A stretch of DNA of 64,000 nt from the human T2T-CHM13v2.0 reference genome, Homo sapiens. The position numbers and the translations under genes are program-made. Positions 1 to 13,118 of the stretch are shown piece by piece. Numbering within the stretch: the stretch's first letter is position 1; every line of letters starts with the position of its first letter. Under the pieces are notes generated by a model. The model saw only the letters and a list, made by a program, of their open reading frames with translations, had not been told where the DNA came from and made no database searches. The stretch lies in assembly GCF_009914755.1 (NCBI RefSeq), contig NC_060928.1; one strand, written 5' to 3'.

Positions 1-3000
1 TTAATTTTATTATTTACCTAAAAGTCATTTAGAAGCAGATTGTTTAATTTCCATGTAATTGTATAGTTTTGAGAGATCTTCTTAGTATTGATTTCTATTT
101 TTATTGCACTGTGGTCTGATATTGTGGTTGGTATGAATTTGTTGAGAACTCATTGTTTTATGGCCAAATGTGTGGTTGATTTTAGAGTATATGTCATGTG
201 TAAATGAGAAGAATGTATATTTTGTTGTTGTTGTTGTTGTTGTTGTTGGATGGAAAGTTCTATAGATGTCTCTTAGGTCCATTTGGTCAAGTGCTGAGCT
301 TAGGTCCATAATGTCTTTATTAGTTTTCTGCCTCAAGGATCTGTCTAATAATGTCAGTGTGGTATTGACATCTCCCACTATTATTGTATGGTTATCTAAG
401 TCTCTTCACAGATCTCTAAAAACTTGTTTTATTAATCTGAGTGCTCAAATGTTGGGTGCATATATACTTAGAATAGCTAAGTTTTCTTGTTGAATTGGAC
501 CCTCTATCATTATGCAATGCTATTCTTTGTCCTTTTTTGTTATTGTTGGTTTAAAGTCTGTTTTGTCTGAAATAAGAATAGCAACTCCTGCTCTTTTCTG
601 TTTTCCTTTTGCTTGATAGATTTTTTCTTCATCCCTTTATTTTGAGCCTATGAGTGTCATCACATGTAAAATGGGTCTCTTGAAGACAGCATACAGTTAG
701 GTCTTGCTTCTTTATCCAATTTGCCAGCCTGTGTCTTTTAAGTGTGGGGGCAGGCAGGGTAGCCAATGTATGTTAAAGGTTAATATTTACATGTGTGAAT
801 TTGATCCTGTCATCATGTTAGCTGGTTGTTATGTAGACTTGATTGTGTAGTAGCTTTATAGTGTCAATGGTCTATGTACTTATGTGTGTTTCTGTGGTGG
901 CTGGTAATAGTCTTTCATTTCCATGTTTAGCACTCCCTCAAGGATCTCTTGTAAGAAAGGTCTGGTGGCAACCAATTCCCTTAGTATTTGCTTGTCTGTA
1001 AAGGATTTTATTTCTCCTTAGCTTAGGCAGCTAAGGAGAAAGACACTCAGGCTTCTCATGAAGCATTCTTGGCTGGTTGTGAAAGTCTTGGTTAGAGTAT
1101 CTTTTCTTTAAGAAAGCTGAATATAGGCCTTTCTAGCTGCCTTCAATAGTTTTTCTGTTGCATTGACCTTGAAGAATCTGATGACTATGTGTCTTGGGGA
1201 TGTCATCTTGTCTAGTACCTTGCAAGGTTTCTCTGAATTTCCTGAATTAGAATGTTGACCTCTCTAGCAAGGTTGGGGAAATTGTTATGAGCAATATCCT
1301 CAAATATGTTTTCCAAGTTGCTTGCTCTATCGCCCTCTCTTTCAGGGACACCAGTGAGTCATAAGTTTTGTCTCTTAATGTAATCTCATATTTTTTTGAT
1401 GTTTTGTTCATTCTTTTTTTTTTCCTTTTTTTCTGACTGAGTTGATTTGCAGAACTGGTCTTTGAGCTCTGAGATTCTTTCTTAAGCTTGGCCTATTCTG
1501 CTATTAACATTTAGGGTTATAGTATGAAATTCTTACAGTGAGTTATTCAACTCTATCAGATCAGTTTGTTTTTTTCTTAAAATGCTACTGCATCTTTCAC
1601 CTCTTCTATAATTTTACTGGAATCCTTAGATTCCTTGGATTGGGCATCAACTTTCTCCTGAATCTCGATGATTTTCATTGTCATCTAAATTCTGAAGTAT
1701 ATATCTGTCATTCCAGCCATTTCAGTCTGTTTAAGAACCATTGCTGGGGAGCTAGTACACTCATTTGGAGAAAAGAAGGCACTCAGGCTTTTTGAGTTGC
1801 CAGAGTTCTTGCACTGATTCTTTCTCCTCTGTGTGGGCTGTTCCTTTAATCTTTGAAGTTGCTTTCCTTTGGATGGGGCTTTTTGCTTTTATATATTTTT
1901 TTAAGCCCTTGAGGGTGTGACTGTGGTATAATTTAAGTTCAGTCAACTGCCATTGTTTCTGGATGATTTCAGGAGGCCAGGGCTCAGCTCAGTACTCCTG
2001 GGCTGCATGCTCTAACTCTGGAGAACTTGGACCAGGCCCATGGCTTTGTTCTCTAGCCCCTTGTAGTTGAGCAAGGAGGGGCCAAGGTATTCCCAGTTCA
2101 CTGGCAACAACACTCTGATGGGGAGTGCCAGCAAAAGTGCTTTGTTGAGGTTAGCAAAAGCAAGATCCATGCTTGGGTGCACACACCAGCAGCAGCAGGG
2201 CAACAGCACTGTGGGGTCTCTGCATTCATGTTTGTAAAGGCAGGGGCAGGGTAGTGGTGGCAAGATCTACACACACTGGCAAAGGAGTAGGGGAAGCTGT
2301 CGGTGAGCACATGCCGGCAGGGATGTCTCTGTCAAAGCTCTCTGATGGTTACACAGGGTTTGCTGGTGAAGATGCTACGGAGAGGGCCACTGGGAAGCAC
2401 GCCAGTTGGGCAGCTGAGGCTGTACTGCATGCAGGTGTGGCCAGTCACAGGGACCCTGGGAGGGGCCAGCAGATGGAGGGTGCTCAGATCAAACTGGTCT
2501 CATCCCACAGGCAAGATAGCCCTGTTTCATCCATGTCTGACAGTCAACAAAGGCCAAAGCCACCTAGAAGAGCATGGCAAACCTTGAGGAATGGGCATCC
2601 CTGGCTATGCTCCACTGCAGCCATGCCCACTCCAAACACTGGGCTCCACACAGGCTTGGAGTCTGGTTCTTGCTTATTCTCCAAGAAGTTCTCCCTGTCA
2701 ACTCAAATGTCCATGAGGGTTATGAAGTCTTCTGCAGCTGGAATTCCAGAGATCCGTGGTGAGAATGGGCCACTCCATGCCTACTTAATTTACCTCTTTC
2801 CCAGGAGCCACTTGGGGCCAGGAACAAGTTCTGGTACTCAGCAACTTTGTGCAGAGTTTCCAGCTTCCTCTTCCTTCAGCCCAGGGTCTGTGTCCTCCCT
2901 CCATCTACTCTCAATGCCTTCCTTCCAAAGATCTGCTCAGAGTGTACTGTTCTTCTCCATGGTCTTGTCTCTTGGTGGGAGGGGCACTTCCTGGTTACAC

Positions 3001-3020
3001 CTTGTCAGCCATCTTGGATT
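1..3020 (-). mobile_element. Old primate LINE-1, 5' portion (5'UTR, ORF1, start of ORF2 endonuclease); continues off the left edge
   Basis: Minus ORF 82-378 resembles L1 EN (GD.NT.L..LDRS.RQK.NKDI.DL..LDQMDL.DIYRT.HP). ORF1-like antisense sequence at ~1000-1950. GC-richer 5'UTR ~1960-3020 ends in GCCATCTTGG (3008-3017), the reverse complement of the L1 5' YY1 site. Frameshifted, with internal deletions. Confidence 0.9.
222..248. repeat. (TTG)n microsatellite inside L1
   Basis: About 9 TTG units seen directly; gives the poly-Thr run in ORF 82-378. Confidence 0.95.
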
Positions 3021-4659
3021 TTCTCTTGCTTTTATTTTATTTTATAATAGAGCATATTTAAGGCCATCCTTCATAAAATGTTAATGTTTTCACTTCCATT
3101 CTGATGTGCTTTCTTTCTTAACTCTTAGGGAAGTACAGTTAATCCCCAGCCTGGCATATCTGAGCAGTAGCCCATATGACTGTCATCCCTGTGGTTGCCC
3201 CACTCCTACAGACAACTGGACACCAAAAGAGCAGGGACCAGTGTGGTGGACTCTGTTTTAGACAAAAAATCACTCAACCTGCTGAGTGGGATATGAATCC
3301 TAGAGATAGAGACACCAGCTGGAAGGGACCAGGAGATACAAGATGAATGCAATACCAAAGCAGCAGAAGTAGGAATGAAGGAAAAAGATGAACTAAAGAT
3401 AGACCTCTCCAAGTGATACCTCTGTTGCCTGCATTTCCTCCCATCACCGCAATTACAACCATACCTGTGGCAAACAGCTACAACTCACACCTTCCCACCT
3501 CACCAGCAGGGTCTGCCTTTCTTCACAAATTTCTGTTGGTTAAGCCATTCAATTTGTGGTACTTTGTTATGACAGCCCCCAAAAAACTGATACAAGGACT
3601 ATTTGAAACATAGAGTTAGATCCTCTATCATTAATGAGGAACCTCACTCATGGATAATGCACTTTGAGATATTAGCTAATGATAATAGTTACATTTGTAC
3701 ATTATAATAGTACATAATTTATAAGTAAGTGTACACATACACACACAGAGCTGTATATTAGCACGCAGTCTCAAGTATTTTTACTGATGGACTGTGCGAT
3801 CAAGAACATCTTGCTTATTTGGCTAAACTAGCATTCCTGTGAAAGTCTGTCCACTGTGAGTTCCTTAAAATAAACCTCCCATTACCAGGGTAACCTGGAG
3901 AGGTCTCCCCCTAAAACCATGAAAACCGAGTTCAAACTCTCATTCACCCATAGCCCTTTATTCCTCAGAGACTAAGCATGCATGTTTAAGACTTAGGTTG
4001 AACTTTTCTATCCTCCAAAGGGTGGCCCAGCCTAGTAACTATTTTAGAACAAACACATCTCATCCAACAACTAAACTAAAGCTCCCACCTCAACTGATCC
4101 ATTCGACAGGATCTGGCCAATGTGGGAGTAACCCATTAAGGTGTTGTTAGGGTGGTTCCTTCTGATAGCTGTCAGAAAGAATCTCCATGCCTCTCTCCTA
4201 GCTTCTGGCTCCTCAATTAAAAAGTATACAGATGATGTGCTTTACAAGTTGCCCAGTTTTCTTTTTCCATAATGTCTGCCAAGTTGCATCAAGGTCTGTA
4301 AAACTTGCAAAAGGTCATGTAATATCAGCTCAGTCTAAAGTGAAACTGTCAGTGAATTTCAGATGATGGCTCTTCCAACTGGATTAGTGAAGTAGAGGGA
4401 AAAATGTGAGCAGATATCATAAATCATTGATTTCATTGACAGCAGCTACTATGCATTAAGTCCTTACTATATGCCACACCCTGTGTTAAGTGTTTTACTT
4501 ACAGACATTATTTCCAATAATCCTGATTTCAACCCTATAAAGTAAATGGTGCAATTATTTCCAATTTACAGGTGAGGAAACTGAGTCTCAACGTCACATA
4601 ATTACTATATGGAGGAGGTATAATTTTAACAAGATCCTAACTCAAAATCATGTGCTCTT

Positions 4660-5148
4660 CTATTCACAATAGCAAAGACATGAAATCAATCTAGACGCCC
4701 ATCAACAGTGGACTGGATAAAAAAACTGTGGTACATATACACCACGAAATACCATGCAGCCATAAAAAAAGAACAAAATTATGTCCTTTGCAGCAACATG
4801 GATGCAGCAGGATTATCCTAAACAAATTAACACAGGAACAGAAAACCAAATACCACATGCTCACTTATAAGTGGGAGCTAAATATTGAGTACACGTGGAC
4901 ACAAAGAAAGGAACAACAGACATTGGAGCCTCTTTGAAAGTAAAGAGTAAAAGGGGGGAGAGGATAAAAAACCTACCTATAGGGTACTCTGCTCATGTAC
5001 CTGTATGATGAATTAGTCTGTACACCAAACCCCCATGATATGCAGTTTACCCATGTAACCAACTTGCACATGTACCCACTGAACATAAAATAAAAGTTGG
5101 AAGGAAAAAATAAAAATTAAAAAAAAACTGAAAGTATAAATGGTTAAA
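4660..5148 (+). mobile_element. 5'-truncated L1 3' end (L1PB/old L1PA-like) with A-rich tail
   Basis: ORF2 C-terminal and 3'UTR motifs (tattcacaatagcaaagacat, ataagtgggagctaaa, cacatgtacccactgaac). Candidate TSD aaaatcatgtgctctt 4644-4659 / aaaataacgtgctctt 5149-5164. Confidence 0.85.
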
Positions 5149-5639
5149 AAAATAACGTGCTCTTAAAAATTTTGCTGTTTATTGACCTTTTGGCTGCTTT
5201 TATAACACAATCACAAGATGCATGTTGACGAGTGAGTTTTACACACCTCATCTCATACAAAATCTCAGGGTCAAGTTGAGCGGTTCTCAAACTTGTTTCG
5301 ATGTTGCTGAAGCACCTGAAAGTCAGGCAAGATATCAAGAAGTGGTTTTACAGTTAATGAGACTTTACAAACAGTTCTAGGAGCAGATAAATATACACGT
5401 TCATGAAATTGAGTCTCACCCAGAATGAGGATCCACAGAGGAAGTAGCCATCACAGTGGGTATCGGGGAGCGGAACCTTCATCCTTAATCACTCACTTGC
5501 TACTCTGTCATTTATTTTGCTGTCTGTAAAGACTTGCAAGCAGACATTCAGGTAGGTCAACAGAGTTTCAGGAAAGATTATAGGAGAAAGACTTAAAACT
5601 AAGAAAAGCTCATCCAGCAGAGCACAGGGCTGAGAGTGA

Positions 5640-6010
5640 GACCTCCTGAACTCCAATCCTGGTTCTAAGACTTCCAAGCTGACTGCATAGCTCAGTTTCC
5701 TCATCTGTGAAGTGGGAAGAATATTTCTAAATACCTTCAATGGCTATTATGAGGATTAAATAACATGTAATGCACTAGAATAGAGTACCTTTAATGTAAG
5801 TAACCAATAAATATTATCATCTAAATAACACATATAATGCACTAGAACAGAATACCTTTAATGTAAATAATCAATAAATAGTAATTATCATCTAAATAAC
5901 ACACGTAATACACTTGAACAGAGTACCTTTAATATAAAGGTACTCTAAAGAATACTGTTAATGTAAGAGTATCTTTAATATAAATAGTTAATAAATATTA
6001 GCTATCATCT
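5640..6010 (+). repeat. MIR whose 3' end is amplified into a ~65-73 bp tandem repeat (~3.5 copies)
   Basis: MIR core ctcagtttcctcatctgt at ~5691. Recurring unit taatgcactagaa.agagtacctttaatgtaa...aataaata..tatcatctaaataac across 5760-6010. Confidence 0.75.
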
Positions 6011-7766
6011 CCTTATCATCATAAATTTGCTTTTCCCACAAAATTGTAAAGGCCTGCCATTATTCTTGGTTTTCAGCTGAACATCCATGTTCTATAGGAT
6101 CATGTATGAGGACATCACTCTGGATTAATATGTATACAGTACTACAAAGGATTGCCTTGATTTGACATTGATGACCTCAGGGGTTTCGGACTAAAGAAGG
6201 GTATAGGGAAAGATTAGAAATTTTTCTTCCAGTAACTCTGTATTTTTGGTTTGTTAAAACTGCATATATCACTGTTGTAATTTTTTAAATCTAGTAACAT
6301 AAAAGTCAAGTTACCATGACTTTAAAAATCAAAAGGTGAAATCATCATTACCTTTTCCAACACATCCCACATTCAATAACATCAAGGTTTGTGTCCATGG
6401 GGATGGAGAGGTGATAATAATAATAATAATGGCTGAAAGCGCAAGGCACTGTGCAAAAAGCCTAACACAAAAAAGCTTACTGGAGTTGTGACACATTACA
6501 CAGATTTCAAGATATAAAGCCTCCAAGGCTGTGTTTGCCAAAAAAAAGAAAAAGTAAAACAATAACAATAAGACATTTCTGCATTTCTGACAGAGTGCTC
6601 TTATTCCTGCATTTTCCTTATGATTGGTGGGCTTTGCCTTCAAGCATCCCCTGCTCCCACCTATTCCTTCCCCTCCCCTCCTCCCTCTCACCCTCCCCTT
6701 TCTCCTGCAAACAAGTCAGGGGAGGCAGGGAGTGTGAACACAGTACATGGGAGGGGGAGGACAGAGTTCACCCTGTTAAAAATCATTAATCATCTTGAGG
6801 TCACCAGGCCTGAACACATTTCCTTCTCAAAGGCTGTCCTGTGGGCGATCTGTCTCCTAACAGGTTTTGTAATGCTGAGTTGTAAAGTGTTCCTGATGAA
6901 TTATTGTTGGCGCTCAGTCCAAAGGCTTGAAGTCTCAAGTCCATGAAAAGAAAAAGCAGACCCTCTCTCCTGCGCCTGTTGTCCATGGGGCCAGCACAGG
7001 GCTTGCATTGTGCATGAGGGTGGATGGCCTGGAGGCCCCTCATCCCTGCAGCCCAGACTCCTGGAGGGGCCTAAGACAGACTGGCTTTTATCACTACACA
7101 TGGACATATGGGAGCTGGGTGTTTGAGGGCAGGTCACGCCTACTCCATGCCCCCTCATAGCGTACCTCTAGGAAAGGGCAGGATTTGTGTTCCCATTTGA
7201 CAGATAAGGAAACTGAGGCCAGGGCTATATTATGGCATGTCCAAGGCAACCCAGCTACTTTGTGGCAAATCTAGGATTAGAACTTAGGTCTCCAAACTGC
7301 TACCCATTTCCCTTTCTCCGTGCCACTTGCCCTGGGCTACAGGGCTTTCAGCGATGTGGGGTCCTTTTCCCTATAGGATCTCAGCTGACATGACTGCTGC
7401 CTCACCTAAGGCCTCTGCTCCAGCCCCCCATCTGCCTGAACTGCTCTGCTCCTAGACCCTCCCATGTGCTTCCAAGACCAATGTAAGGTCCCACTCAGAG
7501 AGGCCGTCCTGACCACCTGGTCTGAAATCACCACATCTCTCTTGATTGCAACACCCTACTTAACTTCTTCAGTGCATTCAGCACTTTCCAACGTTCTCTT
7601 GTTTATCTGTTGTATATTTGTCCTCTTTGTCTCTCCCTCTGCCATCCAGCTCCACCTCGTTCAGATTATCAGCTCAGGAAGGCAGCCACCATGTCTCTCT
7701 TGTTCTCCACTTATGGCCAGCACTGAAATAGTAACTGACAGGTGCTCAATAAATCTGTGGTTAATT

Positions 7767-7848
7767 AATTAACAAATCAAAATCAAATCATTAACAAATC
7801 AACAAATCAAAATCAAAATTAACAAATCAAAATCAAATCATTAACAAA
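7767..7848. repeat. Short local tandem duplication (ttaacaaatcaaaatcaaatcattaacaaa twice, plus partial units) at an L2 3' end
   Basis: Seen directly, following the L2 tail motif ggtgctcaataaat. Confidence 0.85.
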
Positions 7849-8070
7849 GCCGTACTTTTGCATAAAGTCTTTTTAAATGTGCTTGTGTGTGTGTGGATGT
7901 CTCTTCTCTCTCCCCCCATATATTTATATATTCTAAAGCACTTTCACAATAACATTTTATTGTCACTTATCCCACATGTAGTAGGAAGAACAGGCATTAT
8001 TATAACCATCTTACAGATAGGAAAGTTAAGGCTCAGAGAAATTTGGTAACTTTTCCTCTTGACCTTAATT

Positions 8071-8362
8071 TTTTTTTTGAGACAGGATCTTGCTCTGTTG
8101 CCCAGGCTGCAGGATAGTGGCATGTTCATAGCTCACTGCAGCCTCAACCTCCTGGGCTTAAGAGATCCTCCCAACCTCGGCCTACTGAGTAGCTGGGACT
8201 ACAGATACACATTACCATGCCTGGCTAATTATTTGATTTTTATTTTCTAGAGAAAAGGTATCACTATGTTGTCCAGGCTGGTCTCAAACTCCTGGCCCCA
8301 AGTGATTCTCCTACCTCAGCCTCCCAAAGTGCTGGGATTACAGGAGTGAGCCACTGCACCTG
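8071..8362 (-). mobile_element. Alu (AluJ-like)
   Basis: Poly-T, then gagacaggatcttgctctgttgcccaggctg ... cctcccaaagtgctgggattacagg; diverged. Confidence 0.95.
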
Positions 8363-9444
8363 AACTTTGACTCAAAAATTAGAAGACCAGGATGCTCCTG
8401 CAAGTTGCTTGCTAGGTAACCTCACAAAGGTCTTTTTCCCTTTTGGAGCCTCAGTCTCCCTATAATAAGGGATTGTAAATTAAAAGATCTCTAAGGTTCT
8501 CTCTGGGAATAATATTCTTGGATAGTGTTTCCCAAACTGTGTGCTTGGAACCCTAGTATCTGAGGAGATGGTAACATGTTTTCTGTGGAACAGTCTGGGA
8601 AACACTGTTCCAGTATTGGCTTTAAGTTTACTTCAGGCAGGGACTGGATCCCTGGGTACGGTTTGTCAAGGCTTGGAGCAAAGAGTGAAAAAGGAACTAA
8701 ATCTCTCAGCTCCTATACTGTCAACCACATGTGACTACTTCCCTGGCATCATCCCATTTGACTTTAAAAACCCCTAGAAGTAGATATTCTTCTTACTTCC
8801 ACTTTATGGCTTGGTAACTAAGTGAAACTCAGGAAAGTCAATGAGATCATGTGTATGGCAGAGGATGGTTGTTCAAGGAGTTGACCTCAAAGGGTCCGTT
8901 CAAACACTTTAAAGGGGAAGTAGAAAGCTTTCTTGACTTGTGTTTGATTTGCCACCAATTACAGGGAGCTGCTGCTTCACTTCCACCTTCCAAATGTCAA
9001 GCAAGTGTATCTACTAACTGAAACATAGCTCACACTCTAGCTGCAAGGGAGTCTGGGAATTGTCATTCTTTATGTCCCTGTGGTGCAAGATGGCACATGT
9101 CAGAAGGATGGTATTGGTGTTAAGTGCCAATGACCACATTCATCATTTATCCTATAGTGAATTTGCTTTCAAAGCTGCTCTCCTCCTGGTCTCTGAAAGT
9201 CTGAGATGTGAACTGGAGAACTGAGGACAGGGAATTGGTGTAGGAATAAATTTGGAGTAGAGGTGGCAATCCAGGTCAAGATGAAAACACAAAGCTCCTG
9301 CCCAGCATTGCAGCAAAACAAAAGAAAGATGAAGAGAAAGAAAGGAATCCAAGCAGCAGTGAGGGAAGGGTTCGTTGTCTCAGACAGAAGCCACCTGAGG
9401 GGTTTCATCTGGGCTCCTCCCTTTCTCACTGTGTGATCTTGGGC

Positions 9445-9448
<4 letters not shown>

Positions 9449-9485
<37 letters not shown>
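9449..9485. repeat. (TC)n microsatellite
   Basis: Seen directly. Confidence 0.97.
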
Positions 9486-9488
<3 letters not shown>

Positions 9489-10429
9489 ACACATTTCCTT
9501 TATCTTTCTCTTCCCTTTGGTTTTAAGAATCAACTGGGTCACAGTACACAGACATAATTTGTTTACTGTTAAGGAATGCACAGATGAAAGAAAATATGAT
9601 CATCTCCCAAACAGCAAAGCCAAGTGGCCTCAGCCATTTGTCTTTAAAGCTGCGCTCATTTAACCTGGAACATCCTGTAAGTGGCAGAGACATCTTTCAA
9701 CATAATTTCAATTCAGAAGAGCAAGATTTCATGTGATTTTTATTTTATAGTAATCTGATTTCTAAGAATCAATATGTCTTACCTTTATAATCAAGAAAAA
9801 ATAAGTTAAAAATACAATATCTTGATCAAAATAAAATGCCCAATTATAATCTGTAATCTGTAATCTCTCTCTCCCTCACACACACACACATATTTTTACA
9901 ATCACAACTGTGACTTAGCATTTATAGCATTTTTATGGGATCATAGAATGTTTGAGCCAGAAGGATCTGAAAGCTCATCTATCCAACCATGTTGTGAGGA
10001 CCCAAGAAATCCACAGAGAATGTGAAGAGCCCCCAGAGTAGAAGGGATGGTAACCCAGACGTCTCCTCCTGCCTTCACCAGAACGTTTGGCTTTCATCAA
10101 TTTTATATTTTAAATTTGCCTGCATGATTCCATTTCAAAAAGAAATCTCACTGCAACACACACAAATATGAAAACCGGTGGATAAGCTCAAAGCTTCATA
10201 GCTCTGCCGTTTCTCCAGTGGGGAAGCTGAGGCCAAGAAAACTAAAAAGCCCATGTGTAAGCCCCACAGAAGCACAAAACGGGGTCTGGAACTGGAATTC
10301 TGATTCCTAACCTGCTTTCCCCACCGGAAGAATCCCAGGCTGGGCGACCCAGACAGCCATGGCTCTGATCCAAGGGGCAGATCACTATTGGTACTGTTTG
10401 TTTGCACAATATATAGTATTGTTTAAGTT

Positions 10430-10830
10430 CTGAAGCTCAGCGACATCCCCTGGCAAGACTCTGAACTGGAGCCCAAAGGAGAGCGCTGTGGTCGTGGAAG
10501 GAGAGAGCCACGGCGAGGAGAGGGTGGCTCCTTCCAGGGGGCGGTGCGCTCTGCCGTTCCGCGTCATATCCCTTGGCAGTATTGTAAACACAAGTCCACT
10601 GTATGTTTTTAAAACGTGAGAAGAAGCAGGATCCTGCCCTCGTGTTTTGACATCGCCTGCAGGGAGGGAGAATGGGACGAGCAGATCTGGCCTGTGCAAA
10701 ATGTAATTGCTTTTCCCACCTGATGGTTAATCTCAGGCGGGACGGGCTGTCCCACAGGCTCTCAACCTGAGCCGCCCACACCCGGGTGCAGGGCGAGGGC
10801 CATGGACTCAGATCCTCGGCCACTGCAAAG
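10430..10830. promoter_or_regulatory. CpG-enriched unique segment; candidate CTCF site or enhancer
   Basis: Local CpG density is visibly above the flanks. cttccagggggcggtg (10531-10546) resembles the CTCF core; KLF/SP-like ccgcccacaccc near 10772. Confidence 0.45.
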
Positions 10831-12739
10831 TTGCCAATCGTGTGCTCTGGGGCTTTAGGGGTCATTATTCTCACCTGAAAAATGAGAGTTGGCCTAGATC
10901 AGGGATTTCAAGCTGTCAGAGAGACTCTGGTTGGATCCATGTTACAAAATGGATGTCCTGGTAAGATTTAGGTTGAAGTTTCCGCTACGAAAAGGAAGAT
11001 GGAAATCCAGGGGACTCAATGTTTCTCACAGCTCTTTTTCTCTAAAGTATTCTAATTCGAGATTTTACTTGTCTTTAAGGTGAAAGATGAAACTAAAAGA
11101 AGTTTCATCTCCACCCAAGAGAGATGGAGAAAGGCATCCTCAGCGCTCAGAAAGTCATCTGAGGAACTCAGGGTCTGTGGAGCTGAACCTTGGCAGCCCA
11201 CTAACCTCCCCTCAAACCCACAGTTAGTTGCCCTCTCCTCTCCCCTGAGTCAGCACTTCATATCTTGCACCAATAACACTGCCATACAGCTCTTGTGTTG
11301 CACTGTCCCATCTCTCCTGCCACTTCCTACCTTCATCTTCTATGAACTGCCTGAACCCCCTGGCTGTGTCTTATTCCTAGATGAAACCCCCATATCCAGC
11401 ACAGTGTCTGGGACATTGTAATTGCTCAATAAATGGATGTGGAATTGAATTGCATCTCAAAAATTGGCCTGACTCTCAAACTCAGCATTCTAAGGCTCAC
11501 TTTTAAATATATGCACTTTCAAAGAAATATTATGGCTTGGTATAGAGACAGAATTCATTCAACCACTAAGCAGATGTTGAGTATCAACTATAAGCCAAGT
11601 GCTACTCCAAATCAGGGGATACATTGGAGACTAAAACAGATTCAGTATCTGGTGGAAAGCTATTATAAAAGAATAACAGAACTGTATGTCTAGTGAGGGT
11701 TGAAAGGGCCTCTATGCCCAGAGAATACATCTTTCTGCTGTCATGGTTCACATGCGGAAGCTGTCCAAAGCCTCAGAGAAGGAGACGTCACCAGCTTTGG
11801 TTTCTTACTGACACAAGAGGCTCCCAGAAAGGGGCACTGAAATATTGAATGGAGTTTGGTTGAAGAGGGCACCACAGAGAAAATACACAAAACAAGAGGG
11901 AAAGACTGGGTATCTCCCATCTCATTTCCTATCCCAAAGTCTGTGGCAAGTGGCAGAAAAAGTGAGGATTTTGACAGTCCAAGTTGCCTTAACCTCTCTG
12001 AGAATGTTTTGGGGAAAAGGACGTGAATTTTGTTGGTGATGTGTTGAGCTGGAAGTGGCTCTGGGATCACCAATGGTGGGATCCAGAAGGCACATAAACA
12101 ACCAGATCTGGAGTTCAGCAGAGGTGTTTGAACCAGAGAGAGGGATTTTGGAGTTGATTTGCATGTATGGGCTCCTTGAAGCCATTGGTTTTTGTGATGA
12201 CTTCCAGGGACAAGAGGATGTAAAGAAAAGAATGGAGGCACTTTAAGGAAGGAGCCAGGGGGAGCACTTTCATTAGAGAGGCCCAGAAGATAATATTCCT
12301 AGGAGAAGGATTTTCTCCTCTATGCTCCTGCAGGGCCTCGCCTGAGCAGCCATTGTGTCACTCCTATCAAACTGCCCAGGGAATCTTTGTTTTGATGTCT
12401 CTCTCCCTCTAACTATTGTAAACTCTTTGATGGCAGGCCAAGGTTTAAACCATCTTTGCATTCCCAGAATCTAACCCAGTGTTTGTTTGTTGAATGAATA
12501 AAGGGATGAATGAAGTCTAGAAAGCACATCCTGTGAGAAACAATAAAAGGATCTGTAAATGTTGCCTTGGAGAAGACTTGCTTCAGGGAACCCAGAAAGA
12601 GCTGACATATGGGAAAAGGCAGAGCACCATCATGTTATTGTTGAAAGATAATTATTTTAGCTCAGGACTGGAACTGTCTAGTGATGGAATAGGCCATCTG
12701 GTGAAGTAGTGAGGTCTTCAATACTGAGAGCGTGTAAGC

Positions 12740-13118
12740 TGTATTAGTCCATTCTCACACTGCTAGTAAAGACATACCTGAGGCTGGGTAATTTATAAAG
12801 GAAAGAGGTTTAATTGATTCACAGTTTAGCATGGCTGGGGAGGCTTCAGGAAACTTACACTCATGGCAGAAGGGGAAGCAAACACGTCCTTCTTCACATG
12901 GAGGCAGGAAGGAGAAGTGTGGAGCAAAGTGGAGAAAAGCCCCGTATAAAACTACCAGATCTCATGAGAACTCACTCACTATCACAAGAATAGTATGGGG
13001 GAACTGCCCCCACAATCTAATCACCTCCCATGAGGTCCCTCCCCCAACACGTGGGGATTACAATTCAGATTACAATTCAAGATGAGATTTTGGGTGGGGA
13101 CACAGCCAAACCATATTA
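12740..13118 (-). mobile_element. MaLR solo LTR (THE1D/MSTA-like)
   Basis: tgtattagtccattctcacactgct ... gggacacagccaaaccatatta. Perfect 5-bp TSD TAAGC at 12735-12739 and 13119-13123. Confidence 0.93.

Noticed and set aside
5760-6010. CRISPR-like array
   Set aside because: Units are contiguous diverged tandem copies without unique spacers; eukaryotic context and no cas genes.
10437-10874. 145-aa minus-strand ORF in the GC-rich segment
   Set aside because: Non-ATG start, no recognisable domain, and length explained by local GC content.
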